Shown here piece after piece: positions 58,953 through 64,000 of a DNA stretch of 64,000 bases (positions within the stretch are counted from its first letter, which is position 1; every line of letters begins with the position of its first letter). The stretch spans positions 417,530 through 481,529 of the forward strand of contig JAQGDQ010000155.1 of assembly GCA_030141605.1 (NCBI GenBank), in the 5' to 3' direction. Source of the stretch: Tubiluchus corallicola (lineage: Eukaryota > Animalia > Priapulida). Position numbers and translations under genes: made by a program. The notes under the pieces were generated by a model that worked only from the letters and a program-made list of their open reading frames with translations, was not told the DNA's origin and made no database searches.

Positions 58953-59271
58953 AGTTTGTTCTTACTGAGGGCATTTGAAGATAAAATACGTTGACGTTTG
59001 TATATCTGTCCTGTTAATCGTATTTTTTCATAAGACCACCGCGTAAGTAAAATCTCACGTTTAGAATAGAGTTTTAGATGAGTTTACTAAGGACAACCAG
59101 GATTTTGCTTTTCTAGAATTTGACGAACAAAAAACGTTGAGAAACCAACTGAAGTCACCTTCAAGACAAAACGCTCTGACAGCTGCTGTTCCATAACGGT
59201 GGTCAAGGAGTCTAGCAGCTGTGCTCAAGGGAATTCTTGGATGTTTGTTTGGGTTGATCCCAAGAGAGAGG

Positions 59272-59316
<45 letters not shown>

Positions 59317-59337
59317 GAGAAAAGAACCAGAAAAAAA

Positions 59338-60216
59338 GAGAGAGAGAGAAAACGAAGAGAGGGGAGGGAGAAGGGGTGAAGAAAGATAGAGAAAGAGAGA
59401 AAGAGACTGAGAGAGAGAGAAAGTGAACGAAAAAGAGATGGGAGAGAGAGAGAGAGATATAAAAAGATAGGTAGGGGAAGAGTGTTTATGTTAGAGAGAA
59501 AGATGTTATTGTTATTGTTGTAAATCTAATGTTTTCTCCTTTAGCAGAAATACATTACATTCTTTTATATTTGAATATATTGTATGCATAATAAAAGAAT
59601 AAAAGATATATATCTGCAGATATTACACGTAATTACTTACATGGAACAGCGGGCATAAAAGTGTTTTTATGTGTGTTTACTAAGAAATATACTCAGTTTG
59701 TAAACATATTACATGTTACATTATATATATATATATATATATACACACCACTTAACAAGAAATGACTGCAAATAAACATAATGAACTGTATTTGTATTTT
59801 ATAAGCCAATGATTTAAATTGTACTACGTAAAGATTAAACTTGTTCAAACTATAAATTAAAATAATTAAACTGCTAGAGTTATTAACATCACCTGGACAC
59901 AAAATTATTTGTTCGCATGTTGAATTGCAATCAATCGATTATGTTTCATTTCATGACGAACCAATTCCCGCATGATATCATATCAATGTACAAGATAAAA
60001 CAATTCTCGATTCTTGTATACGTGTATATCACATTTATGTCCATGCTGGCTAGTTTCATCTGAGAATTTCTCTATTATTATATACATGCAGGTACAATCA
60101 AAGATTAAATGCTGTGGCGTTTAATTGTCATTATTACATTCACACGTTGTAGGAGAGAAAGAGAAAGAGATAGGAGATAGAGAGAGAGGGGGGAGAAAGA
60201 GAGAGGGGGAGACAGA
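59338..60216. repeat. Left arm of a near-identical inverted duplication
   Basis: Reverse complement of 63128-64000; ORFs 59693(-) and 63442(+) are identical except for (TA)n length. Confidence 0.95.
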
Positions 60217-60606
60217 ATAGTTTTGTTTCAATTTGTATAATTTTCGAATGATTTTAAAATCGAAGAAAAAGTTTTTTGTCTCAAAGGCTGATTAGATTTT
60301 TTTGTTTTTTTGTAAATATTTTTGAACATTTAATCTTTTAGGATCTTTACAAAAAAGGGGAAACAATTATTGGGAGACTGAAAACCCAGGTGTTTTAAAG
60401 TCCAAGTCCACATTTCGCGAGATGGAAATATATGATTAGAATAAAGTTTGTTTGTACCGAAATTCTGAGCAGAAATGCCGTTTACAGAAAACAGTAACGA
60501 TAAATTTAAAATATGCGCATAGTTATTTTTACACTACACGAACATTTAACAAGTGATAGTTACAGTGAATATATGAAAAAGAGCGATTATGTGATAATGG
60601 CGATGC

Positions 60607-61918
60607 GAAAAAATACAGCTAAATGCTACGTTTTAAGCAGAGAAAAAATAGAGCTAAATGCTACGTTTTAGGCAGAGAAAAAATAGAGCTAAATGCTACG
60701 TTTTAGGTAGAGAAAAAATAGAGCTAAATGCTACGTTTTAGACAGAGAAAAAATACAGCTAAATGCTACTTTTTAGGCAGAGAAAAAATAGAGCTAAATG
60801 CTACATTTTAAGCAGAGAAAAAATAGAGCTAAATGCTACTTTTTAGGCAGAGAAAAAATAGAGCTAAATGCTACGTTTTAGGTAGAGAAAAAATAGAGCT
60901 AAATGCTACGTTTTAGACAGAGAAAAAATACAGCTAAATGCTACGTTTTAGGCAGAGAAAAAATAGAGCTAAATGCTACGTTTTAAGCAGAGAAAAAATA
61001 GAGCTAAATGCTACGTTTTAGGCAGAGAAAAAAAGAGCTAAATGCTACGTTTTAGGCAGAGAAAAAATAGAGCTAAATGCTACGTTTTAAGCAGAGAAAA
61101 AATAGAGCTAAACTACGTTTTGTAGAAAAAATAAGTAAATAAATGCTACGTTTTAAGCAGAGAGAAAAATTAGAGCTAAATGCATTTTAAGCAGAGAAAA
61201 ATAGAGCTAAATGCTACGTTTTAGGCAGAGAAAAAATAGAGCTAAATGCTACGTTTTAAGCAGAGAAAAATAGAGCTAAATGCTACGCTTTAAGCAGAGA
61301 AAAATAGAGCTAAATGCTACGTTTTAAGCAGAGAAAAAATAGAGCTAAATGCTACGTTTTAAGCAGAGAAAAATAGAGATAAATGCTACGTTTTAAGCAG
61401 AGAAAAATAGAGCTAAATGCCACGTTTTAAGCAGAGAAAAAATAGAGCTAAATGCTACGTTTTAAACAGAGCAAAAATAGAGCTAAATGCCACGTTTTAA
61501 GCAGAGAAAAATAGAGCTAAATGCCACGTTTTAAGCAGAGAAAAAATAGAGCTAAATGCCACGTTTTAAGCAGAGAAAAAATAGAGCTAAATGCTACGTT
61601 TTAAGCAGAGAAAAATAGAGCTAAATGCCACGTTTTAAGCAGAGAAAAAATAGAGCTAAATGCCACGTTTTAAGCAGAGAAAAAATACAGCTAAATGCTA
61701 CGTTTTGTGCAGAGCAAAAATAGAGCTAAATTCTACGTTTTATGCAGAGAAAAAATAGAACTAAATGCTACGTTTTATGCAGAGAAAAAATAGAGCTAAG
61801 TGCTACGTTTTAAGCAGAGAAAAATAGAGCTAAATGCTACGTTTTAAGCAGAGAAGAAATAGAGCTAAATGCTGCGTTTTATGCAGAAAAAAAAATAGAG
61901 CTAAATGCTACGCTTTAG
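60607..61918. repeat. 34-35-bp minisatellite, about 37 units
   Basis: Unit agaaaaaatagagctaaatgctacgttttaagcag. Confidence 0.96.
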
Positions 61919-62781
61919 ATATGCTTGAGCCATTTGCTAAATTAAGTTAACGACTACATCAAAATGAGGATTAGTGAAAAAAATTATATAAACACTATAA
62001 AATACAAATTTAATGAATACATACCGAGAATTGGCAACAGATTATCCTCAATAAGGAGGAGGTGGAGTGACATGACGTGATGATAAGTCACCCCAAGCTA
62101 GCTAGAAAAAATTTTGCAAGATTACAACGCAATATACCTTGTGAGAAGTAAGCCTATATGCAAGGGATTGCACAGCAAATTGGGAATGAATCCAAAATAT
62201 TTACATAGGGTTAAATGTATACTATGAAACAGGTTTGCAAGGGCAGATCCATGCAACCATGAATAAACGCCCTAATCGAGTTGTTCTCGGCAGTTTCTGT
62301 GTTTCCCATGCCTTTAAGTTAACCATTGACACGTCTTACTTAAATATCTTTATCGACGTACAGTTTGGATTTTAAAATTGAAACAACAATGGAGAACGGG
62401 AACTTTCAAGGAAAATATAAGACCAGTTTTACTTTGCCAGTTAATTAGTAGAGTAGGTGTCAGAAAATTAGTAAAATATTCGTGTCATTGGCAACGCAAT
62501 ATAAAGAGTTTTATTGCAAAAGCATGAACATGACTTTATTATTGAACACCAATATAGTTCATTTACCATACAAGTTTATCCTCGTGCTGTGTAAGCAGAC
62601 CAGCACAGGTCTTTAGTTATCAGAACGTTGTAATTTCGTATGACGATAAATGCGAACTTGGAGAAATTCGTAGGAAAGCGTCCCTGTAATTAGCAGACAA
62701 TGTGAGGCCCTTTTGGCTGGCTTCTCCATGGGGCATTTGCATTGTATCTTTAACCCGTGTCAGTGACATCTCAATGCCCAG

Positions 62782-63190
<409 letters not shown>

Positions 63191-64000
63191 CCTACAACGT
63201 GTGAATGTAATAATGACAATTAAACGCCACAGCATTTAATCTTTGATTGTACCTGCATGTATATAATAATAGAGAAATTCTCAGATGAAACTAGCCAGCA
63301 TGGACATAAATGTGATATACACGTATACAAGAATCGAGAATTGTTTTATCTTGTACATTGATATGATATCATGCGGGAATTGGTTCGTCATGAAATGAAA
63401 CATAATCGATTGATTGCAATTCAACATGCGAACAAATAATTTTGTGTCCAGGTGATGTTAATAACTCTAGCAGTTTAATTATTTTAATTTATAGTTTGAA
63501 CAAGTTTAATCTTTACGTAGTACAATTTAAATCATTGGCTTATAAAATACAAATACAGTTCATTATGTTTATTTGCAGTCATTTCTTGTTAAGTGGTGTG
63601 TATATATATATATATAATGTAACATGTAATATGTTTACAAACTGAGTATATTTCTTAGTAAACACACATAAAAACACTTTTATGCCCGCTGTTCCATGTA
63701 AGTAATTACGTGTAATATCTGCAGATATATATCTTTTATTCTTTTATTATGCATACAATATATTCAAATATAAAAGAATGTAATGTATTTCTGCTAAAGG
63801 AGAAAACATTAGATTTACAACAATAACAATAATATCTTTCTCTCTAACATAAACACTCTTCCCCTACCTATCTTTTTATATCTCTCTCTCTCCCATCTCT
63901 TTTTCGTTCACTTTCTCTCTCTCAGTCTCTTTCTCTCTTTCTCTATCTTTCTTCACCCCTTCTCTCTCCCCTCTCTTCGTTTTCTCTCTCTCTCTCTCTC

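Noticed and set aside
58321-61918. 41-bp and 35-bp arrays as CRISPR-like arrays
   Set aside because: Units are head-to-tail with no unique spacers and there are no cas genes; the context is eukaryotic. The same applies to the 68-, 69-, 70- and 88-bp arrays.

Overview
AT-rich, repeat-dense eukaryotic DNA, most likely from an invertebrate animal; the species cannot be identified from sequence alone. Almost all ORF-track entries are artefacts of microsatellites or minisatellites. Two spliced genes were reconstructed by hand. (1) A minus-strand copine gene (C2A-C2B-vWA, copine-5/8/9-like) with 17 phase-consistent GT-AG coding exons from 54072 down to a TGA at 7914, about 519 codons. Its first coding exon is unresolved, and its C2A domain has lost four of five Ca2+-ligand aspartates. 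(2) The 3' part of a convergent plus-strand gene (exons 896-1540 and 3333-3596) encoding a divergent HSF-type DNA-binding domain with an altered recognition helix. The introns hold hAT MITEs with 8-bp TSDs, TTAA-flanked Kolobok-like MITEs, decayed LINE fragments, about ten minisatellites and a near-perfect 0.88-kb inverted duplication. The most unusual signal is at least four unrelated families of foldback elements whose arms carry minimal type-I hammerhead-ribozyme motifs of the Penelope type. A 31-bp minisatellite made of tandem copies of a copine 5' splice site is also notable.
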